Positions 29,801-38,511 of a stretch of 64,000 nt of DNA are shown here, one piece after another (the first letter of the stretch is position 1; each line of letters opens with the position of its first letter). The notes beneath the pieces were generated by a model, which had not been told where the DNA came from, made no database searches, and was given only the letters and a program-made list of their open reading frames with translations. A program made the translations under genes and the position numbers. Origin of the DNA: an uncultured Gammaproteobacteria bacterium (GTDB lineage Bacteria > Pseudomonadota > Gammaproteobacteria > JACCXJ01); assembly GCA_963764725.1 (NCBI GenBank), contig CAVXTM010000007.1, positions 29,230 to 93,229 of the forward strand. Direction: 5' to 3'.

Positions 29801-30235
29801 TTAGTGCTCCATCCTTTCCCAGTCCCTGACTTTGCCGGGGACGATGCGGAACAGGGGGTGCGGGCGGGGCCGCTCGAGCGCCCGATAGCTGCGGTACCGC
29901 TCGGGCGCGCGCTGGCGCAGCTTCGATTTGAGGTGGCGCCATTCGTAGAGGAGTTGGCCGCGCGTCTCCGCGAGCTTGCTGGCGGACGGTCGCCGCCCGA
30001 TCTTGCTCGTGTCGAAGCAATAGCCGCGTTTCTTCGCCTCGCGGGCGATCCCGGCGAGGAACGCGGCGATCGCCGCGAGCGGCTCCGGATGCGACCGGAA
30101 ACGCTCGATCTGCGGGTGATACCGGTAGCCGCGCGTTGCCCCCTGCAACACCTTCTGGGCGAGCAGAGCCTCGCGCCACGCCGCAACCAGGCCCTTTGCG
30201 TCGAGGTAGCAGGGATGGACCGTCCAGAGTCGCAT
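29801..30235 (-). CDS. pyrimidine-dimer DNA glycosylase (endonuclease V / DenV-like)
   Basis: MRLWTVHPCYLDAKGLVAAWREALLAQKVLQGATRGYRYHPQ is characteristic of the Pyr_excise family. Confidence 0.8.
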   Translation of the reverse strand: MRLWTVHPCYLDAKGLVAAWREALLAQKVLQGATRGYRYHPQIERFRSHPEPLAAIAAFLAGIAREAKKRGYCFDTSKIGRRPSASKLAETRGQLLYEWRHLKSKLRQRAPERYRSYRALERPRPHPLFRIVPGKVRDWERMEH

Positions 30236-30348
30236 GGCGCAAGAACAATAATGAACCGTTGGCGGCTACAATACCGCGACCTGACGAAACGGAATAGGCG
30301 TCTACGAAAGCGTGCGGTTCGACGCACCACCCTCATCGAGACCCTTGC

Positions 30349-31251
30349 ATGCGATTGCGATCCGTCTTGGCGGGCTCCGCCCTCGCCCTCGGCACCCTGC
30401 TTAGCAGCGGTTGCGCGCGCCTGATATTTGGAATCGCCAATAGCGGCTTGCCGCCGCCGGAAGCCACTGTGGCGTTCGCACCGGACCTGGGCCTGTCGCT
30501 GGACCTGTACCGGCCTCAGGGTCTTGGCGCACGCACCGCGCCGGTGGTGGTGTTCTTCTACGGTGGCGCCTGGCAACGCGGCGAGCGCGATCAATTCCGT
30601 TTCGTCGGCCGGCGACTGGCGCAACAGGGCATCCTCGCGATCGTCGCCGATTACCGCACCTACCCGCGGGCGATGTTTCCGGACTTTGTCGACGATGCCG
30701 CCCGCGCGGTGGCGTGGACCTATGCGCACGCACGCGATTTCGGTGGGGACCCGCGACGCCTGTTCCTGGCGGGGTATTCGGCAGGCGCGCAGATCGCCGC
30801 CCTGCTCGGCACGGACCAGCGCTACCTCCAACCGTACGGCCTGAAGCCGCGCCATCTGTCTGGTGTGATCGGCCTGGCGGGACCCTACGACTTCGCCATC
30901 ACCGGACAGTACACCAAGGTGTTCGGTCCGCCCGCGCAATGGCCGCAGGCACAGGCGATCAACTTCATCGACGGATCCGAACCCGGGTTTCTGTTGATTC
31001 ACGGTGAGCACGACCGGGTGGTCGAGGCACGCGACAGCGTCGAACTGGCCCAAAAACTCCGGCAGCACGATGTCGGCGCCGAGCTCGTCATCCTGCCCGG
31101 TGCCGGCCACGCCGCACCGCTGCTGGGCCTGTACGACCCTCAACGTTGGCCGCAAGTGCTACCGGCGATCCTGGATTTCGTGCGCGAAGGTGCGGACGCA
31201 ACGGCTTCGGCTTCGCAGCCACGATCACCACAGCAGCCGCAACCATTGTGA
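30349..31251 (+). CDS. alpha/beta-hydrolase lipoprotein (esterase/lipase-like)
   Basis: Signal plus lipobox-like LLSSGC, oxyanion FFYGGAW, nucleophile elbow GYSAGA, HGEHDRVV, GAGH. Confidence 0.8.
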   Translation: MRLRSVLAGSALALGTLLSSGCARLIFGIANSGLPPPEATVAFAPDLGLSLDLYRPQGLGARTAPVVVFFYGGAWQRGERDQFRFVGRRLAQQGILAIVADYRTYPRAMFPDFVDDAARAVAWTYAHARDFGGDPRRLFLAGYSAGAQIAALLGTDQRYLQPYGLKPRHLSGVIGLAGPYDFAITGQYTKVFGPPAQWPQAQAINFIDGSEPGFLLIHGEHDRVVEARDSVELAQKLRQHDVGAELVILPGAGHAAPLLGLYDPQRWPQVLPAILDFVREGADATASASQPRSPQQPQPL

Positions 31252-31288
31252 CGTCCGCCAGCACCTTGAGCTTGACCGCACAGGGCTC

Positions 31289-31700
31289 CTAACCTCTCAA
31301 ACCCTGCACGTAGGCGGCGGTAACAGGGTCGCGCGGCGCTTCGAACACCTGCTGCGTCTCGCCGAACTCAATCAGCCGTCCCACACCGTCCGTAACCCAG
31401 AACACACCGCAGTGGTCGGCGATGCGCTGGGCCTGAGCGAGGTTATGGGTCACGATGACCACCGTGTAGCAGCCGCGGAACCCGGCGATGAGGTCTTCGA
31501 CTACGCCGCTGGAGACGGGATCCAACGCCGAGCAAGGCTCGTCCATAAGCAGCACCTGCGGTTTGAGCGCGATGGCGCGCGATGCACAAGCGCTGACGCT
31601 GCAACGTCCCTCCTTGCGGGTAAACCGGCCCATATTCGGCGAAGGGTGGCTCATTCCAGCCTCTCCGTGCCAAGGTCCTCGCCCGAGCGCACGCGCGCCG
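31289..31700 (-). pseudogene. pstB: phosphate ABC transporter ATPase PstB remnant (C-terminal half, frameshifted)
   Basis: ALKPQVLLMDEPCSALDPVSS...VTHNLAQAQRIADH...FEAPRDPVTAAYV is in one frame. The signature/Q-rich piece (..QRQRLCIAR) is in another. The N-terminal Walker A half is absent. Confidence 0.7.
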
Positions 31701-32025
31701 CCAGGAAGTCCACCGGAAAGCTGATCCGGCAGCACCCCAAGTCAATGGCCTCGTGCCGGAGGGTCTTGAGCCGCAATTGCAAGCCGTGAGCTATCCGGTA
31801 GCAGACCCGCTGGCCCTTGCGGATGCCTTCGATCACACCGGCCTCGCGCAGAATCCGCAGATGGTGGGACACGTGCGGCTGCTGCTTGCCGATCTCCTCG
31901 ACCAGATCGCTTACGCACTTTTCGCGCACCAGCAGGGACTCCAGGATCCGCAGCCGCGTCTCGTCCGCCAGGGCCCGCAGGACATTGGCGCATTCCCGCT
32001 CGCTGATATCCGTTTTGAGCGCCAT
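31651..32025 (-). CDS. arsR: ArsR/SmtB-family transcriptional regulator
   Basis: MALKTDISERECANVLRALADETRLRILESLLVREKCVSDLVEEIGKQQPHVSHHLRILREAGVI. Its start overlaps the arsM-like stop (TGATG). Its 3' end runs into the pstB remnant. Confidence 0.8.
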   Translation of the reverse strand: MALKTDISERECANVLRALADETRLRILESLLVREKCVSDLVEEIGKQQPHVSHHLRILREAGVIEGIRKGQRVCYRIAHGLQLRLKTLRHEAIDLGCCRISFPVDFLAARVRSGEDLGTERLE

Positions 32026-33227
32026 CAGCAGCAACTCCCACCGGGCCCGCAGGCGACCACTTCGCCCGCGATGGGCTCGCCGGCCCGATTGATGACGGCG
32101 AAATGCGGGGTGTATGGCCCGGATTCCAGCACGTCCAGGGTTTTCGAGCAAATCTCCAGGGGCATGCCTCGCCGGTAGGTATGGTGGTCGTCGTCGTCCG
32201 CCTCTACGAACGGACCGGTGAAGATGGCGAAGTCGCCCTTCCAAACGCACGGCGCCGCCGCCGGGGGAATCGAGATCAGTCGCTCATCGGTGACGCTCAA
32301 GGAGACGGGCGTCTCGGACAGGAGGAGCAGCCGCTCGAACGGTGACGTCTTTAGCAATTGGGTCACACGCGCAGACACTGCCTGCGGCACCCCGCGGCGG
32401 TATGCATTCCCGAGCTCGTCTACCGCCCGGCTGAACGGCCCCAGCAGCGTGGCGTACCGCGCCCCGTGGAACTCGCCGGTCTCGGATAGCTTGAAGCCGG
32501 CGAGCGTCAGGGAGAAGAAATGAATGCCGTCAATGAACCGCCATGGGGAGAACTTGATCTGGTGTACTCCCAGGAACCCGGCGTCCACCAGGCCTCCTAG
32601 ATAATCGGCCGAATGCAGCGCGCCCGAGAGACAGTCGCCCCACTTCTGGGTGTCATGGACCAGGTAGTTCGGCACCCGCTGATCGGCCACGATATCCGAA
32701 ATCGTGAAGCGCCCGCCCGGGCGGATCACGCGGTACATCTCGCGGAAGACCCTGGCCTTGTCCGGCGCCAGGTTGATCACGCAGTTCGAGATGACCAGGT
32801 CCACAGAGCCGTCCGCGGTCGGCAGGGCTTCGGCTTGCCCTTTTCGGAATTCGGTGTTAGGCGCTGCATAGCCGAGGTTGGCCGCCACGAGCGGCGCACT
32901 ACGCCTGGCCAACGCCAGCATCTCATCGGTCATATCCACGCCGATCACCCGGCCGGAAGGTCCCACCAGCCGCGCGGCCTCGAAACAGTCAATGCCGCCG
33001 CCGGAGCCGATGTCCAGGACGGTCTCGCCCGGCCGCACCGTTGCCAGACCGGCCGGCGCGCCGCAGCCATAGGAAGCCCCGAGCACCTCCTTGGGCATGA
33101 ATCGGCCTAGGTCCTCGAAGTTGTAGCTGGTCGGGCAGCACATCTGCTCCCCGGTCGCCAGCGCTCTGGCGTATCGCTCGCTCACCTGCCGTGTGATGGT
33201 CTCGTCCGCCATAGCACCTCGGCTCAA
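32025..33227 (-). CDS. arsM: arsenite S-adenosylmethionine methyltransferase-like protein
   Basis: CCPTSY...ASYGCGAP cysteine motifs, SAM motif VLDIGSGGGID, VISNCVINL; 400 aa with a C-terminal extension. Confidence 0.8.
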   Translation of the reverse strand: MSRGAMADETITRQVSERYARALATGEQMCCPTSYNFEDLGRFMPKEVLGASYGCGAPAGLATVRPGETVLDIGSGGGIDCFEAARLVGPSGRVIGVDMTDEMLALARRSAPLVAANLGYAAPNTEFRKGQAEALPTADGSVDLVISNCVINLAPDKARVFREMYRVIRPGGRFTISDIVADQRVPNYLVHDTQKWGDCLSGALHSADYLGGLVDAGFLGVHQIKFSPWRFIDGIHFFSLTLAGFKLSETGEFHGARYATLLGPFSRAVDELGNAYRRGVPQAVSARVTQLLKTSPFERLLLLSETPVSLSVTDERLISIPPAAAPCVWKGDFAIFTGPFVEADDDDHHTYRRGMPLEICSKTLDVLESGPYTPHFAVINRAGEPIAGEVVACGPGGSCC

Positions 33228-33585
33228 AAATCGGGTTATACGTATATCAAGATAACTACATATATCAGCCGCAGCCTGGGTCGGTCAATACGGTGGGCCT
33301 CAATCCCAAGGCCACACCGTTTAGCCCACCGAGTCGGCGGGGATCAGGCGCGTCGAGCCGCCCTCGAGGGTGCGAGCGATGAGCGGGGGACTCGACGTTC
33401 CGCCTTGCGACGATCGTTACAACCGTAACCGAATCGGTTTCATTTGTAAGCAAATACTGCGGTTTTGAAATCCTCCGGTAAGGCAGTCTCCCTACGCTAG
33501 CTCCAAGCATACGGCCATCGGACGCCGAGCAAGCGAGCCCGTTGCGAAGCATTCCATTGAAGTAAGCCGACTGAGGAGAACCCAA

Positions 33586-33780
33586 ATGAACGCATTGACT
33601 TCAGAACCGACGAAAGAATTACTCAGGTTACTTAATAATCGCTATGGCGATGGGACCGTGTACCTGCCGAGCGGCGAATCGGCGGCGCTCTATTATTCAT
33701 GCATTGAGCATGGTTATATCAGCGAGGACGGATTCATTACCCGGCAAGGCCGCGAACTGGCGACGCATTACTTTTCCTGA
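33586..33780 (+). CDS. small hypothetical protein (64 aa)
   Basis: ORF preceded by GAGGAG about 8 nt upstream of the ATG. No recognisable family. Confidence 0.3.
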   Translation: MNALTSEPTKELLRLLNNRYGDGTVYLPSGESAALYYSCIEHGYISEDGFITRQGRELATHYFS

Positions 33781-33904
33781 ACGGGGCGCGAGTCGAGGCG
33801 GACAAGTTATCGACGTATTCTCGATATTTCCCTGGGCGGACTATTGGTTGCATCCCCTCATTTGCTAAGATGCGCTTTGCCGGGAGCGCCCCCGCGCCGT
33901 TGGA

Positions 33905-34879
33905 GTGAGTATGGATTCTCTCCGCCTAGTTGCTGCAACCCTTATCGTGAGCTTGTGGCTCGTGGCCTGCGGAGAAGACCGTACCGCGCCTCAGCCCACC
34001 GTGCTGCGATTCGGCTACGACAACTGGCCCGGGTATTACCCGGCCCTCATTGCCGCGGAGGAAGGATTTTTCGCCGAACAAGGCGTACGCGTTGAGTGTA
34101 CCAAACACGACAATAGCGACGCGTTGTTAGCAGACTTCGCGGCCGGCCGCTACGATGCGGTCGGTATTTCGCTTGGCGACATTGTTAATCTTTACCTCGT
34201 GATTCCCGACATCCGAGTTATTTTAGTCACCAACATCTCGGATGGGGGCGATGCCGTGCTTGTCCGTGCCGACATTCAATCGATCGAGCAGTTGAAAGGC
34301 AAGAACTTCGGCGTAAATCTGGGCAGCTTTGCGGAGTTGTTCGTGGTCACCGTGCTCGAGATACACGGTCTCTCACCGGCGGATCTCCGCCTCATTGATA
34401 CCGATGCGGCGGAAATTCCGGCGAAATTGAAGAGCGGTGAGCTAGACGCGGGCCACACCTGGGAACCCTTCGTGAGTGAGGGACAAGCGGACGGCGCGCG
34501 CGTGCTATTTACCAGCACCGCGACCCCCGGCCTCATCCAAGACGTGGTCGCCGTGCGCGGGGAGGTAGCTCGCCGATACCCGAACGCGCTCCGGGCCTTC
34601 ATCAAGGGTTGGTTTAAGGCCGTGGATCACTGGAAGGCGCACCCGGCTCGGGGAAATGCCGTGGCCGCAATGGTTCTCAACGTGGAGCCGACAACGATCT
34701 CTCTGCAGGGCATGCGGTTAACGACTCTCGCGGACAACCTCGCGCTGTTCAGGCCAGGCGAGACGACGGCCTCTGTCTACCATACGGTACGACTTTACGT
34801 AAACTTCTTTGTCGGCGCGGGCGGTCTCATCCGCAAGCCTGATGTTCACCAAATCTTGGATCCCCAGTTCTTGAAATGA
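33905..34879 (+). CDS. ABC-transporter substrate-binding lipoprotein (NMT1/SsuA-like, nitrate/sulfonate/bicarbonate family)
   Basis: Lipobox LVAC. LRFGYDNWPGYYP and GVNLGSF...LDAGHTWEPF patterns are typical of NMT1/THI5-like binding proteins. Confidence 0.75.
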   Translation: MSMDSLRLVAATLIVSLWLVACGEDRTAPQPTVLRFGYDNWPGYYPALIAAEEGFFAEQGVRVECTKHDNSDALLADFAAGRYDAVGISLGDIVNLYLVIPDIRVILVTNISDGGDAVLVRADIQSIEQLKGKNFGVNLGSFAELFVVTVLEIHGLSPADLRLIDTDAAEIPAKLKSGELDAGHTWEPFVSEGQADGARVLFTSTATPGLIQDVVAVRGEVARRYPNALRAFIKGWFKAVDHWKAHPARGNAVAAMVLNVEPTTISLQGMRLTTLADNLALFRPGETTASVYHTVRLYVNFFVGAGGLIRKPDVHQILDPQFLK

Positions 34880-34996
34880 GGGTACTCCATCGACACACTC
34901 CCACCGCTAGTGCAGGGACCGCTTTAGATGCGCTCTGTGCTGGCGCGCTTGCATCGCGCAGGCCGTCAGTCGCTATCAGGGTGCTCACCGCTCGCG

Positions 34997-35179
34997 CTAT
35001 TCCAAGGGGACTTCGCCTCCAAAGCTAGCACCCGGGCGAGAGCCACGTAGGGGTTTCTTGAGCAAAGCCAGTATCCCCGCACGTTGCGCTTTTTGGATAA
35101 GCTCGGCACCCCCGAATCCGCTCATAAGCAAATGGGGATCTCCGGCCGCAACATGCGCAGGCGCGCGATCTTTCCGCAC
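34997..35179 (-). pseudogene. C-terminal fragment of a response-regulator receiver domain
   Basis: ...PHLLMSGFGGAELIQKAQRAGILALLKKPL resembles REC beta4-alpha5. There are no N-terminal Asp pocket residues. The fragment ends at the right direct repeat. Confidence 0.4.
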
Positions 35180-35290
35180 TTACTCTTTTGACTTTGATCT
35201 GAGACAATCGGGCTGATGCGGGCATTATACATTTGTGGATCGATAAACCAGACGCGGATGTTGCATCAGGTCGCGCGGCAGTTGCCGCAA
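35173..35290 (+). repeat. direct repeat, right copy (functional 5' end of the gene at 35216)
   Basis: See 28163-28280. Confidence 0.85.
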
Positions 35291-36163
35291 TTCGAGGCCT
35301 ACTTCACGCCCTACTACTGTGATGGTTTCAAAAAACTGGTTTGCCGCACCGGGCTGCTCGACTTTACGGTCATGGGCGGTCAGTTCTTGCAGCGAACGCT
35401 AAAATATTTGGAGACGCATCGGCTCGCCCTGGACCTCGAAGGACGGAACGGCCGCTATGATCTGGTCGTCACCTGCAGCGATCTCATCGTCCCGCGCAAC
35501 ATCTTGGAGACCAAGCTGGTGTTGGTGCAGGAAGGCATGACCGATCCCGAGACGCTTTCGTTTCACCTCGTCAAAGTGCTCAAGCTACCCCGCTGGATCG
35601 CGCAGACCGCGGCCACGGGACTCTCGGATTTGTACGATATTTTCTGCGTTGCTTCCGACGGCTACCGGGACCTCTTCATCCGCAAGGGCGTGCGGCCGGA
35701 CAAGATCCGCGTGACGGGGATCCCGAATTTCGATGATTGCGCGAGCTTTCTCAGCAACGATTTTCCTTACCGGGACTATGTCCTGGTAGCGACCTCCGAT
35801 CGCCGCGAGACGTATAACTACGAGAACCGCAAGCGCTTCATCTATAAGGCCAACGGGATCGCCGATGGGCGCCGAGTCATTTTCAAGTTTCACCCCAACG
35901 AGAACGCCGAACGCGCCCGCCGGGAAGTAGAGCGTTATTCGCCCGGTGCGCTCAGCTTCACCGATGGCAATACCGACCATATGATCGCCAACTGCAAGGC
36001 CCTGGTGACGCGCTTTTCCTCGGTAGTTTATGTCGCGGCCGCGCTCGACAAGGAAGTGCATTGCGATCTCCCGGCCGATGAGGTCAAACGCCTGCTGCCG
36101 CTCCAAAACGGCGGGCGCTCGGCCGCCAACATCGCGAACGAATGCCTGGCGCTTTTCGGTTAG
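35216..36163 (+). CDS. GT-B-fold transferase-like protein (TagF/CDP-glycerol glycerophosphotransferase-like or capsule-synthesis-like; uncertain)
   Basis: 315 aa. RVTGIPNFDD..., YVLVATSDRRE..., KFHPNEN... resemble the C-terminal half of TagF-like/GT-B enzymes. The family call is from memory only. Confidence 0.45.
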   Translation: MRALYICGSINQTRMLHQVARQLPQFEAYFTPYYCDGFKKLVCRTGLLDFTVMGGQFLQRTLKYLETHRLALDLEGRNGRYDLVVTCSDLIVPRNILETKLVLVQEGMTDPETLSFHLVKVLKLPRWIAQTAATGLSDLYDIFCVASDGYRDLFIRKGVRPDKIRVTGIPNFDDCASFLSNDFPYRDYVLVATSDRRETYNYENRKRFIYKANGIADGRRVIFKFHPNENAERARREVERYSPGALSFTDGNTDHMIANCKALVTRFSSVVYVAAALDKEVHCDLPADEVKRLLPLQNGGRSAANIANECLALFG

Positions 36164-36164
36164 C

Positions 36165-36974
36165 ATGAACGTGATCGTGATTCAGGCCCGGATGCGCTCG
36201 ACGCGCTTGCCCAGCAAGGTGATGCTGGACCTCTGCGGTGCGCCGCTCATCGTTCGCATGCTCGAACGGGTGCAACGGATCACAACACCGGCGAGGATCG
36301 TGGTAGCCGTCACTACCGAGGCAGCCGATGATGGCCTGTTCGATGTCTGCCGCGCGCACGGATTCGAGGTCTTCCGGGGCCATCCGACTGATCTTCTCGA
36401 CCGCCATTACCAAGCGGCGCGCGCCTGCGGGGCCGAGGTGGTGGCCAAGGTGCCATCGGACTGCCCGCTCATCGATCCGGCGATCATCGACGCCGTATTC
36501 GAGCGCTACGCTCAAGGTGATTGCGACTATGCGAGCAACCTGCATCCGCCCTCGTACCCCGATGGCAACGATGCCGAGGTGATGTCGATGAGCGCGCTCG
36601 CTAGCGCCTGGCGGGAAGCCACGCAGGGCTTCGAGCGCGAGCACACCACGCCCTTTCTCTGGGAACGTGGCGAACGCTTCCGGATCGCAAATGTCGCCTG
36701 GGGCCCGCGCCCCGGCGGCGCGCCGGTCCGAGACTATTCGATGTCGCACCGCTGGACGCTCGACTATCCCGAGGATTACGAATTCATCCGCCGGGTGTAC
36801 ACGGCGCTGTATCCGCGGATCCCGGCGTTCGGAATCGAGGACATCTTGCGGCTCTTGGAGCGCGCGCCTTATCTACAGGCCATCAACGCACGCTACGCCG
36901 GCGTTAACTGGTATCGCCATCACCTGGGTGAGCTGCGTACGATCACCGCAGCCCAGACACGGGTGATCGGATAG
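36165..36974 (+). CDS. SpsF-like cytidylyltransferase (CTP_transf_3 / acylneuraminate cytidylyltransferase superfamily)
   Basis: MNVIVIQARMRSTRLPSKVMLDLCGAPLI...RGHPTDLLDRHY...DYASN...HRWTLDYPEDYEF is the typical SpsF pattern. Confidence 0.8.
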   Translation: MNVIVIQARMRSTRLPSKVMLDLCGAPLIVRMLERVQRITTPARIVVAVTTEAADDGLFDVCRAHGFEVFRGHPTDLLDRHYQAARACGAEVVAKVPSDCPLIDPAIIDAVFERYAQGDCDYASNLHPPSYPDGNDAEVMSMSALASAWREATQGFEREHTTPFLWERGERFRIANVAWGPRPGGAPVRDYSMSHRWTLDYPEDYEFIRRVYTALYPRIPAFGIEDILRLLERAPYLQAINARYAGVNWYRHHLGELRTITAAQTRVIG

Positions 36975-37034
36975 GCGCATGCAAAACGAGCGACTCATGG
37001 CGCTGAGCCACCGGGTACGCCATGGGGCCCGGAG

Positions 37035-38384
37035 TTGATGATGCCAAACCGGATCGAGTTCAACGCCGAGCTTCCGGCCATCGAACAATCGAATGCGCTG
37101 TGGTCACGCGCGCAGGGTCTCATCCCCGCCGGCACGCAAACCCTGGCCAAGGGGCCGACGCAGTTCTCCGAAGGCGTCGCGCCCAAATACCTCCTGCGCG
37201 GGAAGGGCGCCCGGGTATGGGACGTCGATGGCAACGAGTATCTCGATTACAACATGGGCATCGGGCCCATTATCCTCGGCTATTGCCATGAAGCCGTCGA
37301 TGAAGCCATCCGTCGGCAACTCTCGAATGGCATTTCGTTCTCGCTCATGCACCCGCTCGAGGTTGAGCTGGCCGAGCTCATGCGCGCGTGCATCCCTAAC
37401 GCCGAGTCGGTGCGTTTCTCCAAGACCGGTTGTGACGTCACCAGCGCCGCGGTGCGCTTATCTCGTGCGTATACGCGCCGCGAGAAAGTGCTCTGCTACG
37501 GTTATCACGGCTGGCACGATTGGTACATCGTGGTCACCGATCGCAACGCCGGGATCCCGGCCTGCGCCGCGGAGCTCACCCACACGTTCAACTATAACGA
37601 CATCAACTCGGTTGCGCGCTCCATCGACGGCGATACGGCCTGCGTCATCCTGGAACCTTTTGTCTTCGAGCGCGAACAAAACGGATTTCTCGCCGAGCTG
37701 CGGAAGATCTGCGATCGCAACGGTACGCTGCTGATCTTCGATGAGATGTGGACCGGCTTCCGCTGCGCGCTCGGAGGCGCCCAAGAGTACCTCGGCGTGC
37801 GAGCCGACATGAGCCTGTTTTCTAAGGCCATGGCCAACGGCATGCCGATCTCGGCCATCACCGGTCGCCGCGACGTCATGGCGCTCCTGGAAAAAGACGT
37901 GTTCTTCTTTACCACCTTCGGGGGCGAGGCGTTGTCGCTGGCCGCCGCCATCGCCTGCATCGAATTCATTCGCGACCATGGGGTCATCCGGCACCTGGCA
38001 GAGGTGGGGCAACAATTGTCGGCGGGATTGAAAAATATCGTGAGCAAGCTTGCACTGGACTATGTCTCCCTCACGGGCTATCCCTTCCGCACCCTGCTAA
38101 GCTTCTCGCCGGCCGCGGGGGATCCCTTGGAAATGAAGACCCTGGTGCAACAGGAGCTCATCCGGCGCGGGATCTTATGGAGCGGCATCCATAACCTCTG
38201 CCATGCACACGGGTCCGCGGACATCGACTACACGCTCGAAGCCTACGCGGCGGTCCTGCCGATCCTTAAGCAGGCCATCGAGGCCAACGACATCGCTTCG
38301 CGCCTTAAAGGTCGCCTACTGCAGCCGGTGTTCCGCAAGACCAGCCACTTTAACACCAAGCCCAGCCCCCCCGTGCCAACATAA
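37035..38384 (+). CDS. class-III PLP aminotransferase (glutamate-1-semialdehyde aminomutase-like)
   Basis: GARVWDVDGNEYLDY, SKTGCDVTSAAVRLSRAYT, LIFDEMWTGFR, FSKAMANGMPISA (Lys in the PLP motif). Confidence 0.85.
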   Translation: MMMPNRIEFNAELPAIEQSNALWSRAQGLIPAGTQTLAKGPTQFSEGVAPKYLLRGKGARVWDVDGNEYLDYNMGIGPIILGYCHEAVDEAIRRQLSNGISFSLMHPLEVELAELMRACIPNAESVRFSKTGCDVTSAAVRLSRAYTRREKVLCYGYHGWHDWYIVVTDRNAGIPACAAELTHTFNYNDINSVARSIDGDTACVILEPFVFEREQNGFLAELRKICDRNGTLLIFDEMWTGFRCALGGAQEYLGVRADMSLFSKAMANGMPISAITGRRDVMALLEKDVFFFTTFGGEALSLAAAIACIEFIRDHGVIRHLAEVGQQLSAGLKNIVSKLALDYVSLTGYPFRTLLSFSPAAGDPLEMKTLVQQELIRRGILWSGIHNLCHAHGSADIDYTLEAYAAVLPILKQAIEANDIASRLKGRLLQPVFRKTSHFNTKPSPPVPT

Positions 38385-38393
38385 CTGAGACAT

Positions 38394-38421
38394 CGGTAGT
38401 ATCTCAGTTTGAATTTCGGCT
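38394..38421 (+). repeat. 28-nt inverted repeat, left arm
   Basis: cggtagtatctcagtttgaatttcggct. The reverse complement of 43731-43758 is cggtagtttctcagtttgaatttcggct (27/28 identical). Confidence 0.85.
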
Positions 38422-38511
38422 ATCGGGGCCGCCTTTGCACGCTATCGTCGTGCGTTCCGTATGCGCGCCGGCTTGCCTGCCTGAAGCGCGATTGGCTCGG
38501 AAGCGAGCGCA

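Noticed and set aside
29734-31155. 473-aa minus-strand ORF, the longest in the GC-rich block
   Set aside because: It overlaps two well-supported genes (the DenV-like glycosylase and the alpha/beta hydrolase). Its product is Arg/Ala/Pro/Ser-rich and low in complexity, as expected for stop-poor alternative frames in very GC-rich DNA.
33265-33585. 106-aa minus-strand ORF and a 10-bp palindrome (ccctcgaggg) between arsM and the small ORF, considered as a gene or riboswitch
   Set aside because: The ORF has no family features. I recognise no riboswitch consensus (for example TPP, SAM or cobalamin) in the sequence.
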